Of a stretch of DNA of 64,000 nt, positions 1 through 13,498 are shown piece by piece. Each line of letters starts with the position of its first letter. Positions within the stretch are counted from its first letter, which is position 1. The DNA is taken from positions 39,246,001-39,310,000 of the forward strand of contig OZ024752.1 in assembly GCA_964016885.1 (NCBI GenBank), written 5' to 3'. The position numbers and the translations under genes were made by a program. The stretch comes from Eledone cirrhosa. Taxonomy: Eukaryota. The notes beneath the pieces were generated by a model. That model made no database searches. It worked only from the letters and a program-made list of their open reading frames with translations, and was not told the DNA's origin.

Positions 1-575
1 ACTGAGCATAAGAGGAATCAAATGCTGTGTGCAGGAGAGGCGATTGCGTTGGTATGGATATGTGATGCGTATGAAGGATGACAGCTGCATAAAAAGGTGC
101 AGAGCACTAGAAGTCGATGGAAACCGCGGAGTAGGGAGACCCAAGATGACCTGCGATGAGGTGATAAAAGCCGACCTGACCCAATTACACCTCTCAAAGG
201 CGATGACACACGACCGTGACCTCTGGCGTCACGCAGTAATACAGAGTACCCGACCTCCCATGGGTACAAGCTGAAGCATCTAGACAATATGGCCCCACAC
301 CCTCCACTGCAAGGTGGTCGTGGAGGTGCCACGGCAAAAAAGCACGCAGCCCAAACTGTAAAGTCGACGTCTAGGCACCACGAAAAAGCACCCAGCACCC
401 CCTGTAAATGAGGTTGGTGTTAGGAAGGGAATCCAGCTGTAGAAATCAAGCCAAATCAGTTCCGGTATGAGCAAGGCATGGTCAGCCGACCAGACACTGC
501 CCACAACAGGACAACACTTCTAACCCATGCTAGCGTGGAAGAAAGGACGTAAAACGGTGATGATGATGATGATGA
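1..575 (+). mobile_element. RTE-clade LINE 3' end (ORF C-terminus, 3'UTR, (GAT)n tail)
   Basis: ORF 29-274 reads QERRLRWYGYVMRM...GRPKMT...DRDLWR, homologous to the C-terminus of the RTE ORF at 22398-25265; the 3'UTR contains ggttggtgttaggaaggg and ends in GAT repeats. Confidence 0.9.
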
Positions 576-2524
<1,949 letters not shown>

Positions 2525-2536
2525 GAGGAAAATAGA

Positions 2537-3205
2537 GGAGAATAGAGGAAAGGTGTTTCCTCAAAAACCAGTATGACTCTAAAAACCGGTTTGTCTGTGT
2601 GTTTACATACAGAATAGCTGGACACTTACAGTAAAGTAACCAGTGAAAGACTTGGTACATCTACATATGTATACGTGTGTGTATTCATATGCATACTAGT
2701 ATTTCAGTATACATATGTGGATGTACATTTTTAACTTAATGGTTTAAGCGTCAGTCATACAAAAGTGAGTTACAAACGAAACGAAATTTAATTTCGTTTC
2801 GTTATTTGTTTTTATCGTCTCCGTTGAACCGGTACGTACTCACGCTCTATGCAAATTAGTCTGCCCACTACTAATTTTCATAGAAAAAGCATATAACGAT
2901 ATGTGCTTTTACGATTCTCTAGAGAGGCCGGAAGATAGGTAAATATTGCTGATGAGATGTAACAACATCGAAACTAGTTCAATATTCCTTGTCTGGCTTT
3001 CTGGAGAATAGAGGAAAGGTGTTTCCTCAAAAACCAGTATGACTCTAAAAACCGGTTTGTCTGTGTGTTTACATACAGAATAGCTGGACACTCACACTAA
3101 AGTGACCAGTGAAAAACTCGGTACATCTACATATGTATACGTGTGTGTATTCATATGCATACTAGTATTTCAGTATACATATGTGGATGTACATTTTTAA
3201 CTTAA
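2537..3205 (+). mobile_element. Non-coding partial tandem unit (~466 bp) carrying a hammerhead ribozyme; Penelope-like pseudo-LTR or retrozyme-like element
   Basis: 2537-2739 is repeated directly at 3003-3205; the intervening segment carries a hammerhead motif; flanked by TA arrays. Confidence 0.7.
2942..2986 (+). ncRNA. Minimal type-I hammerhead ribozyme
   Basis: aatattg-CTGATGA-gatgt(aaca)acatc-GAAA-c(ta)g-TT-caatatt: 7-bp stem I, 5-bp stem II with a G-C base pair at its foot, palindromic helix III (actagt), GUU cleavage triplet after 2979. Confidence 0.88.
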
Positions 3206-3207
3206 TC

Positions 3208-3271
<64 letters not shown>

Positions 3272-3627
3272 ACATATATATATATATATATACATATATA
3301 TACATATATATATATACATATATATACATATATATACATATATATATATACATATATATATAGATACATATATATATAGATACATATATATATATAGATA
3401 CAGTAATTCTCTTCTCGAATGGGCCATGGTGCCCAAATCCTGAATTGAAAGACTTCGCCAGGTGGTGCTATTAAGTTAGACATGGCCTGGGCCAATACTG
3501 GCCAAAACATTTCAAAGTTATTCAAAGTTATATATATACATATATATATATACATATATATATATACATATATATATATACATATATATATATATACATA
3601 TATATATATACACATATATATATATAC

Positions 3628-3660
<33 letters not shown>

Positions 3661-3671
3661 CATATATATAC

Positions 3672-3708
<37 letters not shown>

Positions 3709-4115
3709 CATATATATACATATATATATATACATATATATACATATATATACATATATATATATACATATATATATACATATATATACATATATATACA
3801 TACATATATATATATACATATATATACATACATACATATATATACATATATATATAAATACATATATATACAAACATATATATACATACATATATAGATA
3901 CATATATACATATGTATATACATATATACATATGTATATACATATATACATATGTATATACATATATATATACATATATATATACATATATATACATATA
4001 TATATATATACATACATATATATACATGTATATATATATAGATACATATATATACATACATATATACATACATATATATACATGTATATATATATAGATA
4101 CATATATATACATAC

Positions 4116-4145
<30 letters not shown>

Positions 4146-4147
<2 letters not shown>

Positions 4148-4230
4148 TGACATGGCAGCGATAATGAGGGACAGAGACCGCTGGAGAGAACTCGTCCATG
4201 GATCTCGGGAATTTTACCCACCTTAGATAG
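4146..4230 (+). mobile_element. RTE/RTEX-like LINE extreme 3' fragment
   Basis: Translates [15 protein letters not shown], an RTE C-terminal DR..WR motif, followed by a simple-repeat tail. Confidence 0.5.
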
Positions 4231-4275
4231 ATATATAGATATATATATACATATGTATATACATATATATATATG

Positions 4276-4617
4276 TTACAACGAAGAGAGAAGAGCAGAG
4301 GCTGGTAACGACTCAAAGAGCCATGGAGAGATCAATACTAGGAATCTTGTTGAGAGAGCACATCTGGAGCGAAGTCTGGCGTGAGGGACGTCATCATGGA
4401 ATATAGGCGCAGCAAGTTCAGATGGGCTGGACACGTTGCCCGGTTCACCGATAATCGGTGGACCCGCGCAGTTGCCGTGTGGTACCCGCGCGAGCGGAAA
4501 CGACCACTCGGAAGGCCTCCATGAGGGTGGAGTTACGATTTTAGGAATACGAGCGGTGCCGATTGGACGTCTGACAGACTGGTCAGTCAAGGTGATCAAG
4601 ATGATCAAGGTGATCAT
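4276..4617 (+). mobile_element. RTE-1-like LINE 3' fragment (distinct sub-lineage)
   Basis: Translates [17 protein letters not shown]...KFRWAGHVARFTDNRWTRAVAVWYPRERKRPLGRPP with a frameshift and a stop. Confidence 0.8.
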
Positions 4618-4955
4618 CATCATCATTTCATTTTATTTTATGTCCGCTTTTTCCCTGCTTGCAAGGGTGGGACGGGAACTGATTCTAGCTTGATTTCTAC
4701 AGCTGGATGCCCTTCCTAACACCAACCTCATTTACAGTGAGTGCTGGGTGCTCTTTTGCCGTGGCACCTACACGTCGACTTTGCAGTGGAATGATAGGGA
4801 CCCCAGTCCCTATCATCTCATTTCTACAGCTGAGTAAACTGGAGCAATGTGAAATAAAGTGTCTTGCTCAAGGAAACAACACATCACCCGGTCTGAGAAT
4901 TGAACTCACAACCTTTCGATTACAAGTCCAATGCTCTAACCAGTAAGCCATGTGC

Positions 4956-4957
<2 letters not shown>
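4618..4957 (-). mobile_element. tRNA-derived CORE-type SINE with RTE-derived tail
   Basis: Minus strand shows A/B-box-like tggcttactggttagag...gagttcaattc, a CORE-like ccttgagcaagacactt...ctcagctgtagaaatg segment, and a tail shared with the RTE 3'UTR ending in GAT repeats. Further copies at about 15448-15785(-), 18300-18510(+) and 53205-53473(-). Confidence 0.85.
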
Positions 4958-5038
<81 letters not shown>

Positions 5039-5075
5039 ATATATTATATATATATATATATATTATATATATATA

Positions 5076-5142
<67 letters not shown>

Positions 5143-5426
5143 CACACACAGATCAGAGCAAACAGCACGGACACTCTATCTCAAAATTATTTTTGAAAAG
5201 CATTTAGAAATGCGCAACCAGTAAAAACTTAAAAACTTAAAACCACAACTGAATACTAACCCATACAATCACTAATACTCTTTTATTCCTAATTAAACCA
5301 TTTTTCAACTGTGAACAATTTGTCAGCATTTTCTATTCCGTTTACCAATATATATATATATATATTAGAATTGGAGCTCTGAAATAGCAATATATTGCAA
5401 AATACATTATATATACATCCATATAT

Positions 5427-6267
5427 ATGAAAGACGTAAAATAAGAAAATTAAAAAATTAAAAATCAAGTTACTTACTAAAATTTTCACTCCAACTAATT
5501 AGTTTCTGTAAGGGGATAAATATAGTTACGTAATATAACTATAGAGAATTCCTTACGTCATCAGGGAGTCTATTCTCAGCTAAGTTGATTTTAAAATTTT
5601 CTTATTTTACGTCTTTCATATAATTGTTCTGCATCCCCTGCATAGAACCACAAAGGTACTAAGACATAACATATATATTTGCTAGCATGGGTGTACATCT
5701 GTACACATATGTTGGTAGATGTACTAATTCTCTATATTTATCTCCAAATTATTTGTTGAGCAAAACTTGCCAAAATTTACTGCTGATTCATGGTAGTAGT
5801 AGGCTCTTGTCATAATACCACCCCGCTCCTAACTGATTAACCTCAGTATCACGTGATTGACTCTTTAGAATCTGCCACTGACCAGAGACAGTGAATTTTT
5901 TCAGTGATCTGGAATTTAGTCTTTGCTAGCTTTATTCCATCCACTGAATTATTATTTTTATATGGGTTCCTAGTGTCCGCGCATCGCCTGGGAACTTAGT
6001 TGAGAATAGACTCCCGATGACGTAAGGAATTCTCTATAGTTATATTACATAACTATATTTATCCCCTTACAGAAACTAATTAGTTGGAGTGAACATTTTA
6101 GTAAGTAAGTTGATTTTTAATTTTAAAATTTTCTTATTTTACGTCTTTCATAGAATTGTTCTGCATCCCCCTGCATAGAACCGCAAAGGTACTAAGACAT
6201 AACATATATATTTGCTAGCATGGGTGTACATCTGTACACATATGTTGGTAGATGTACTAATTCTCTC
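5427..6267. mobile_element. Penelope-like or retrozyme-like insertion: ~530-bp partial tandem unit with 5' inverted segment
   Basis: 5583-5732 is repeated directly at 6107-6267; 5427-5586 is the inverted copy of 5993-6152; both copies of the inverted segment carry a hammerhead motif. Confidence 0.7.
5488..5569 (-). ncRNA. Minimal type-I hammerhead ribozyme with extended stem II
   Basis: Minus strand: actcc-CTGATGA-c-gtaagg...(tatagtta/taactata hairpin)...ccttac-a-GAAA-c(taatta)g-TT-ggagt. There is a C-A mismatch at the foot of stem II. The + strand copy at 6010-6090 has lost one core nucleotide (CGATGA). Confidence 0.75.
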
Positions 6268-7190
6268 TCTCTCTATATATATATATATATACATATATAA
6301 AGTTATGAAACGAAAGGAGCTGTGTGGTTACTAAACACAAGGTTTAGGATGGTGGTTAGGACGGAACAGGAGGAGAAAGGAAAAAAAGAGTTTCCACCGT
6401 CAGCTGTAAATGTATCCCGAACCGATGTTTCAACGCTGAATTACAGGACACGGTGTAGTTTGGGTGCGCCCGAAGCCTTTTATTAATCAAAAGGCCAGGT
6501 GGAAAAGGAGAGAGAAAGAGAGAAAAAACATTTATAAAACAACAGAAGCCCAGACTGGAAGATATGCTTTAAAATTTTAATTCTGTGAAAGCACTATATA
6601 TATTTCAGTGGCCCAGCTCCATTATCCAATTATGATGCAAGACAGGATGAACTCATCAGGTGTCATCCACAGATTAACTTAACAGGTTTACATTGAACCC
6701 AAATATATAATGGAAGATAGGGAATAGGAAACTGAAAATTTGATTCAGGGACTGCCTTTAATAAAAACTGTTTCATTGATAGGAGGCAGTCACATGAATA
6801 CCACATAATGTTAGTTTTTGGGGGACTGGTAGGTGTGGTAGAGGGGGTAGGGGCACTCAAGTGGCAACACACATTTGTCTTAGAGAATGTCACTCCTTAA
6901 TTATAGTTTTGGTTGCCTTTCAGACAAGTCAGTTTACCATGACAGTACTTCAAGGGGAACATAGCTATAACAATATTTTCTAGCAAAGAATAGGGGTTGA
7001 GACAAGATATTAGCATGGATTGGATGAGAGATTTGGAGGCAGTAATCAAGAGCCAGCAGCCTTTCCTGCCTTGTTTTTTTTTAACTATTCATATATTAAA
7101 CCAGTTAACTGCTGGACATAAACAAACATCCTCAGCTGCTCAAACAGTATCAGTATCTTGATGGAATCCACACACATACACACCCAGACT

Positions 7191-7221
<31 letters not shown>

Positions 7222-7640
7222 TATATATACATATACATAAGCTGAAGAGGTTAAAAGTTGTTTGTGTGATTTTGTCTCATTCATTTTCTTCCTATCACTT
7301 CCACAGGTCAACTAACTTCTAACTGCTGATTTCTGTCCTTTGAGGTAAATTTTATCCGATGCTGTCATTGACAGTGTTTTGTTGTTATAACAGCTATTCA
7401 TGTGTTGAGTTTTTCTCATTATTTTATGAATTCTAATACACTTGTGCTCTAATTCAGTCTTCGAGAAAATTTTGTTTATATATATATATACATATGGAAT
7501 TAGGAAGGGCATCTATCTGTAAAAAGACCAGACAAAATACAGTTTCATTTGAGCAAGTTACAGTGCAGCCAAATGGCCATACTTGTCTCATAACATAGAT
7601 GACCCATGCATAATATGGATGACCCCTATGCAAGCATGTA

Positions 7641-7941
7641 ATAATTGTTTCTACTTTAGGCACAAGGCCAGCAATTACCCAGTGCATTACTGGTACTTTA
7701 TTTTATCGACCCCGTAAGGATGAAAGGCAAAGTTAACCTCGGCGGGATTTGAACTCAGACCATAAAGGGACGTAACTATGCTGTAAAGCATGGCGTCCGA
7801 CCCTCCACCGATACTGCCAATGTAATAATTGTTTCTACTTTAGGCACAAGGCCAGCAATTACCCAGTGCATTACTGGTACTTTATTTTATCGACCCCTTA
7901 AGGATGAAAGGCAAAGTCAACCTCGGCGGGATTTGAACTCA
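7641..7941 (-). mobile_element. Two tandem tRNA-derived Meta-domain-type SINE copies
   Basis: B-box gagttcaaatcc plus a ttgcctttcatcctt.cggggtcgataaaataaagtaccag central domain and a tagaaacaatta tail. Further copies near 12685-12870, 14036-14133, 14190-14265, 29190-29284, 31240-31410, 46868-47290, 56332-56390, 58918-59052, 62331-62517 and 62660-62852. Confidence 0.85.
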
Positions 7942-8084
7942 AATGTAATAATAGATGTTAAACAGAGATGATGATATATATATAAAAATATATATTAGTT
8001 GTGATAACATTTTTGATGTTAGTTCTGGTATGACCTTGTTAAATTTCTGGGGAAATTTCTCAAACTAATATCAATATTAGTTAC

Positions 8085-8111
8085 CAGGAGACTGATATCT
8101 ATAATGACTTA
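8085..8111 (-). CDS. Putative 27-nt cytoplasmic micro-exon of the Ig-superfamily gene ((V)SHYRYQSP)
   Basis: Good acceptor (aaatctttacag) and donor (gtaact); phase 1-1, compatible with the TM exon. No homology support. Confidence 0.4.
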
Positions 8112-8267
8112 CTGTAAAGATTTGAATTATTAAAGAAAACCAACCACCAGTGATGTATCTTTTTTCATATATATATATATAAATTAAGTAATTCCATTGG
8201 AAAGGTCCTGGAAAAAAGAGTACTCTATGTAGGTTACAGAGCTTATTAGTTATGTAATAAACAACAT

Positions 8268-8426
8268 AAGATAATTATTTCATTTACCAGTGGTTTCTTG
8301 AAAGCAAACAAATTTGGTTTCAGTCATCAGAATGAAAAATAAAATCCTGGTCACCAGGATTTTTTCAATCAGATGACTGAAAGCAAATTTGTTTGCTTTC
8401 AAGAAACCACTGGTAAATGAAATAAT

Positions 8427-8432
<6 letters not shown>
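8268..8432. repeat. ~165-bp foldback palindrome (MITE-like)
   Basis: aagataattatttcatttaccagtggtttcttgaaagc... pairs with ...gctttcaagaaaccactggtaaatgaaataattatctt around the centre aatcctggtcaccaggatt. Confidence 0.85.
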
Positions 8433-8468
<36 letters not shown>

Positions 8469-8707
8469 TATATATATATAATATATATAATTGCTACTTC
8501 TCCCAGCCCATTGTCATTTCCCATCCAGAAAAATTTGTAGCATCGTTTTTTGCCCACAAGGAATATATATATATATCTTTGAAAGTTAGACTGTTAGGAA
8601 GTCCAGTCTTTCTTTTGACTTTTGTGTTTTGAAAGATTCTTTTTAGTTGATTTCTTCACATTTTCTTTACATTTTTCTATTATGCTAACTACTACTATAA
8701 CTACAAA

Positions 8708-8784
<77 letters not shown>

Positions 8785-9016
8785 GTACTACCACTACCAA
8801 CACCACCACCATCACCATATGTTCCTAAGCTTAAAAGAAGACAAAAACCAAATTGCAATAGGTTATTCAGAAAGCCTGCAGAAAGCTACACTACAAATTA
8901 TTTATAAATATTTCAACAAAAATATTTGTATTTTGGTCTAAATTATGTAATGTATTACAAAGTTATATATGACAAGGTAATTGATAAAGCTTTAAAATAT
9001 GTAAAAATATACCAAC

Positions 9017-9121
9017 CTCTTATCCGGTGGCATCTATAAATAAGAATTCCCACAATTATTAACAATATTACAAGTGCTACAGTACAACCAATAATTAGTT
9101 TCAAATGATTTTCTGGTTTTA
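9017..9121 (-). CDS. Ig-superfamily receptor, transmembrane exon
   Basis: Acceptor tattttcag; (I)KPENHLK-LIIGCTVALVILLIIVGILIY-RCHRIR is a hydrophobic span followed by a basic stop-transfer; donor AG|gttggt; 105 nt, phase 1-1. Confidence 0.85.
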
Positions 9122-10139
9122 CTGAAAATATATATAAAATAAACCAAACATCATCAAACAAGAAAAATAATTAAAGTAAGGATTATGATGAATCATTCAC
9201 TAGTCATAATTTGTCTAATATTTTGCAAAGTTCAGTGGTGTATTGGTAGGGGTGCATGGTAGTGCAGCTGCACACCCCCAAAAATTGTTGTCAGAAAATT
9301 ATGAATGTCTGTTAAGAGAATACACTTATGGCAAGGTTAGTATGTGTATTGGTATGAGTTGGACAATCTTTTATATGTCTCAAACTTGTATCATCTTTTC
9401 TTTAAGTCACAATATTTTAAAATCATGTTTGAATATTTCCTTTTCTTTAACCAGTCTAGTATCAGACTCATCAAATTCTTGCCAGCTTGGAAAGCAAATA
9501 TATGATGGTGATGATGATGGTTATTATCTTCATAACATTGTTTCATTTTGTTATAAATTAGTCAGCTTCAGGATGAAGTGGTTGGGAGGACTCTTTAGTC
9601 CCATCAGGGATATGATAATCTCTGTAGTGCTGCTGACATAATACACTATATAAAATGGTTGGTGTTGAGCAGGGCATTAGGTCATAGAAAACTTGTCAAT
9701 TATCCTTATTACTGGAACTTTCCACTGTAAACTCATTATAACAATGTCATTTATTTCTACTTATATTCTTGATTACAATTAATGTATTAATATAAGAAAT
9801 AACTTTTTATAAACTTTTATTGAATCTTACTGAATGAATATTGTTGAAGGTCTTAATGTTTTTATGGTAGAATCTGTCAAAAAATTATGACAAATGTTCT
9901 GGAGACTACATGATTAAAAGTCAACATGAAATTTGCAGTTTGTTCAAATCCAGAAATAATTGGATCTTTTGACATTTTGCATAGTGATAAATTTCAGTTT
10001 ATCAATCAGAATATATTTTAATAATTATGGTCCAGACCAAGGATGAAGAAACCTTCACATGTATTCAAATTTGTAACTGCCTAATGTCAAAGTCTCTTAA
10101 ATCACATATGAACAAAATCAGTTTAATCCTTAAGACTAA

Positions 10140-10400
10140 AAAATCATCATCATCTTCATCATTATCATCATTTTATGTCTGTTGTTCTACACTTCCATGG
10201 GTTGAATGGATCATTCTCAGTACAGCATCTATCCATTTGTGACATTCCTTTGCCATCTCTTTTGTGACCTTTACTGATCTGAGAACAGCTCTCACCACTT
10301 CCATCCAGGTTTTCCTTGGTCTTCTTCTGCCACAGCCTCCTCACACTGGGATTACTTGGCACTTCTTCACTCAGTGATCATCAGCCATGAGCATCACATT
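10140..10400 (-). mobile_element. Degenerate RTE LINE 3' fragment
   Basis: Similar to the RTE C-terminus (WVKKC...RPRKTW region) with a GAT tail. Confidence 0.6.
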
Positions 10401-10959
10401 CAAATGAAGTAGCCCGTTTATCAATTTGTAAATTTAAAGAATCATCATTTTTCTCAGCATATTATGCACCCTACAGACTCATATACACTTGCAATTTGCA
10501 CTGAAAACATTCCCCACCTTCATTCTAGGTTTTTGTATTTTAATTAATGAGATATCTGATGAATCATCAGCTTCCAAGCAGCTTACTATTTCTAATTTGC
10601 TTTAGTCAATGTTAATCTGTCTCAAGCTGGTTCTGATAGAATTTTTGTAACTTTTCTTTCTTTGCCTTGTTTTATATTCATCATCATCACCATCATTTTA
10701 CGTCCGCTTTTCCCTGCTTGCAAGGGTGGGACGGGAACTGATTCTGGCTTGATTTCTACAGCTGGATGCCCTTCCTAACCATTCAAATATTTAGTTGTAA
10801 TAGATGTGTACAATGTGACATTCTTATTGAATGTTTTTCAGGTGGGTATTTGGAACAATATGAGCAAAATAATTAATGAATCAATTTTATATAATTCTAT
10901 ATAACATCAAAAAGTATTTTAAGAGATTAGAAAATAACCAAAAACATGTAACAACTTAC

Positions 10960-11271
10960 TTTTAGATTTCAATTGAAAATATTTTTTTTTATTTCCTTTG
11001 GAATTTTTTACTATTAAAGTATAAGTACCAAAATCATTATCTTGTAAGTCATCTATTTTTAAAGTGGCATAGGTTCCATTAAAAGGAAAGTCACTTGATA
11101 CACAAACATCAGATAATGAATATTTTTTAGATTCCATTATTTCTTCATTTTTCTTCCATTCCACAGTTGGTTTTGGATATGAATAAAAGCACACTTTGAA
11201 AGTTACAGAATCACCTTTAGAAGCCATCTGAGTTTTGGACGTACTTGAATTAGAGTCAACAATAGGTTTCA
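10960..11271 (-). CDS. Ig-superfamily receptor, Ig domain 8 (I-set-like, no F-strand Cys)
   Basis: AG/GT bounded, 312 nt, phase 1-1; GDSVTFKVCFYSYPKPTVEWKK...LKIDDLQDNDFGTYTLIVKNSKG. Confidence 0.92.
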
Positions 11272-11568
11272 CTAGTGGAAAAACAATAGAATATCAAGAC
11301 ATAAAATGCAAATTAGAAATTTAATATTTTCTGATGATAAAAATCATAAATATCATACACCTTAAGTAGAAGATTTAATTTAATTGTTTAAACATAAGAA
11401 ATGTGAAATAACATAACATAGGATACACAATAATTTGATAATGAAAATTTACTTTCCAATATTCAAATCCATCAATTTTTCAGTATGGGTAATACAGTCT
11501 AAAATAAATGATTTCAAAAGTAGTAACCATAAAAACTGAATCAAATTATAATTTTATGAAATACTTAC

Positions 11569-11823
11569 CTTTTATTTCAATCTTTAATGATCTATTCTCA
11601 TGAAAGTCTCCACTTTTTACATAACAATTCCATGTACCAGTATTATTGATAATACGATTTATTGATAATGTATTATTTATATTGTAAGTTTTCTTGACGA
11701 TATTTCCCCATTTTTGTTCCAGTCTGTATTTATAATTTTCTGGATTCCCATCAAAAGCAGTACAATTAATTATTGTTAGATTGTTTTTTCCTTTTGATTT
11801 ATAAAAGTTTACCTTAGGAGCAT
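11569..11823 (-). CDS. Ig-superfamily receptor, Ig domain 7
   Basis: Not in the ORF track; 255 nt, phase 1-1; YAPKVNF...IINCTAFDGNPENY...NTGTWNCYVKSG...LKIEIK|gtaagt. Confidence 0.9.
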
Positions 11824-12389
11824 CTTAAAAAAGAAAAGACACAGAAAAAGTTAGTCTTTATAAAATGTGATCAAAGATAATATAAAATTTAGTATCTTAA
11901 CATATTTTAATTAAATTTATAAATAACACATTTACAGTAACACAAGAGAGTGTCTCTGGACTGTTGGAGCTCCATTGAACAAGTTGTCCTCATAGAAAAA
12001 GACAGGTATGCTCTAACCCACATGAAAGCAATAATCACAGCTCAATTAGAGCTGACTCTGTAGTTAATGAAACATAAATTTTTCAAAGTTTCTGTGGGTT
12101 GCAACAGTGAGCTGTAACTCCTCATAGTACCTATACTTAGATGGATAGATTGAGAAACACATTGCTATGAAGACAGCTTAGTGCTAGTTGCAGGAAAAAA
12201 ATACTCAAACTTTTAACCACTTAACTAGCTGGCTGGTCATCAGTTTAATGATGACATTGCTTCTTTCCATCATACATCTTGATCACACCTCTGATACAAT
12301 AAGATATAATTCAATTATGTGAAAGATAGATGGAGGAACAAACCATATAAAGAAAAAAAAACCATTGTTTTGTCAAGTCATCAAATCTG

Positions 12390-12680
12390 ACAATGGTGCC
12401 TGGTTGCCCATCAATCATCCTATTGTCTAATGCATTCAGTTTTGAACTGTTGCATATCCTTATATACAACTCTCCTTCAAACCTTCCAATTTACAGTAAG
12501 TCCTTGGAGGTCTTTGGTAGGAATTCTACAGGCTGTGAGGACAAGCTTCAATTGGTCTTTCCAAAGTTTCTTAGGACGACCATGTTGACAAGAACCCTTA
12601 GTTAATTCAGCATAAAGCAACTTTGTCAGGAAGGCTTGAATGAAGCTGATATGTAGCTGGCAAGTTCAGTAGAGCAAAAG
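12390..12680 (-). mobile_element. Degenerate BovB-like RTE C-terminal fragment
   Basis: Minus strand translates LYAELTKGSCQHGRPKKLWKDQLK, resembling the LYGEL..G.R..GRPK.R.KD.LK motif. Confidence 0.6.
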
Positions 12681-13167
12681 CTATGATAACTGTTTCTACT
12701 TTAGGCACAAGGCCAGCAATTACCCAGTGCATTACTGGTACTTTATTTTATCGACCCCATAAGGATGAAAGGCAAAGTCAACCTTGGCGGGATTTGAACT
12801 CAGATCATAAAGGGACGTAACTATGCTGGAAAGCATGGCGTCCGACCCTCTACTGATACTGCCAATCCACCATGATAATAACAATAAAATAGACAGAGGG
12901 AAGAGATAGCACACATATAGGTGAGAGATCATAATTTGTTGGTGAGTCGTTATCAATTAAATGGTTTTATTGAGGTATGGTATAAGATATTTCCATGTAT
13001 ACCAGCAACTGTATCCCAGATATAGATGCAGAACTTCCTTGTAAACTTTAAGCTTTTGTAACAGAGCTGTAGTAGTAGTAGCAGCAGCAGCAGTAATCCT
13101 AGTCACGGTAGTAGTAGTAGTAGTCACAGTAGCAACAGCAGTAGTATTAGTAGTAGTAGTCACAGTA

Positions 13168-13225
<58 letters not shown>

Positions 13226-13249
13226 TGTAGTGGTGTGTACTCAACTTAC

Positions 13250-13498
13250 AATTTACCAGAATATCAATTTTCATTTTATTAGTCAATACTCCATGTTTGG
13301 TAGTGCTTGCGTTAGCAACACAGAAGACATCACTACTATTTGTACGAGTAAAAGTTATTTGGGAGTCTGTAGGAAAGGTTTTATATCCAGACATCAACGT
13401 CACATTTGGCTTAGGGTTTCCTTTTGCAGAACAGTTTAATACGATGGATTCATTCTCATTTATTGTCACATTATCTGATGCAGTAATGACTGGGACAT
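13250..13498 (-). CDS. Ig-superfamily receptor, Ig domain 6
   Basis: 249 nt, phase 1-1; YVPVITASDNVTINENESIVLNCSAKGNPKPNVT...VFCVANA...IDILVN|gtaagt. Confidence 0.92.

Noticed and set aside
3401-3528. GC-richer island with ggccatg/catggcc pairing and a CTGGCGA motif, considered as a ribozyme
   Set aside because: Core nucleotides (CUGANGA, GAAA) are not conserved and I could not build a convincing hammerhead or HDV fold.
7312-7512. Candidate final cytoplasmic exon of the Ig gene
   Set aside because: Weak acceptors and no recognisable motifs; cannot be supported without transcripts.
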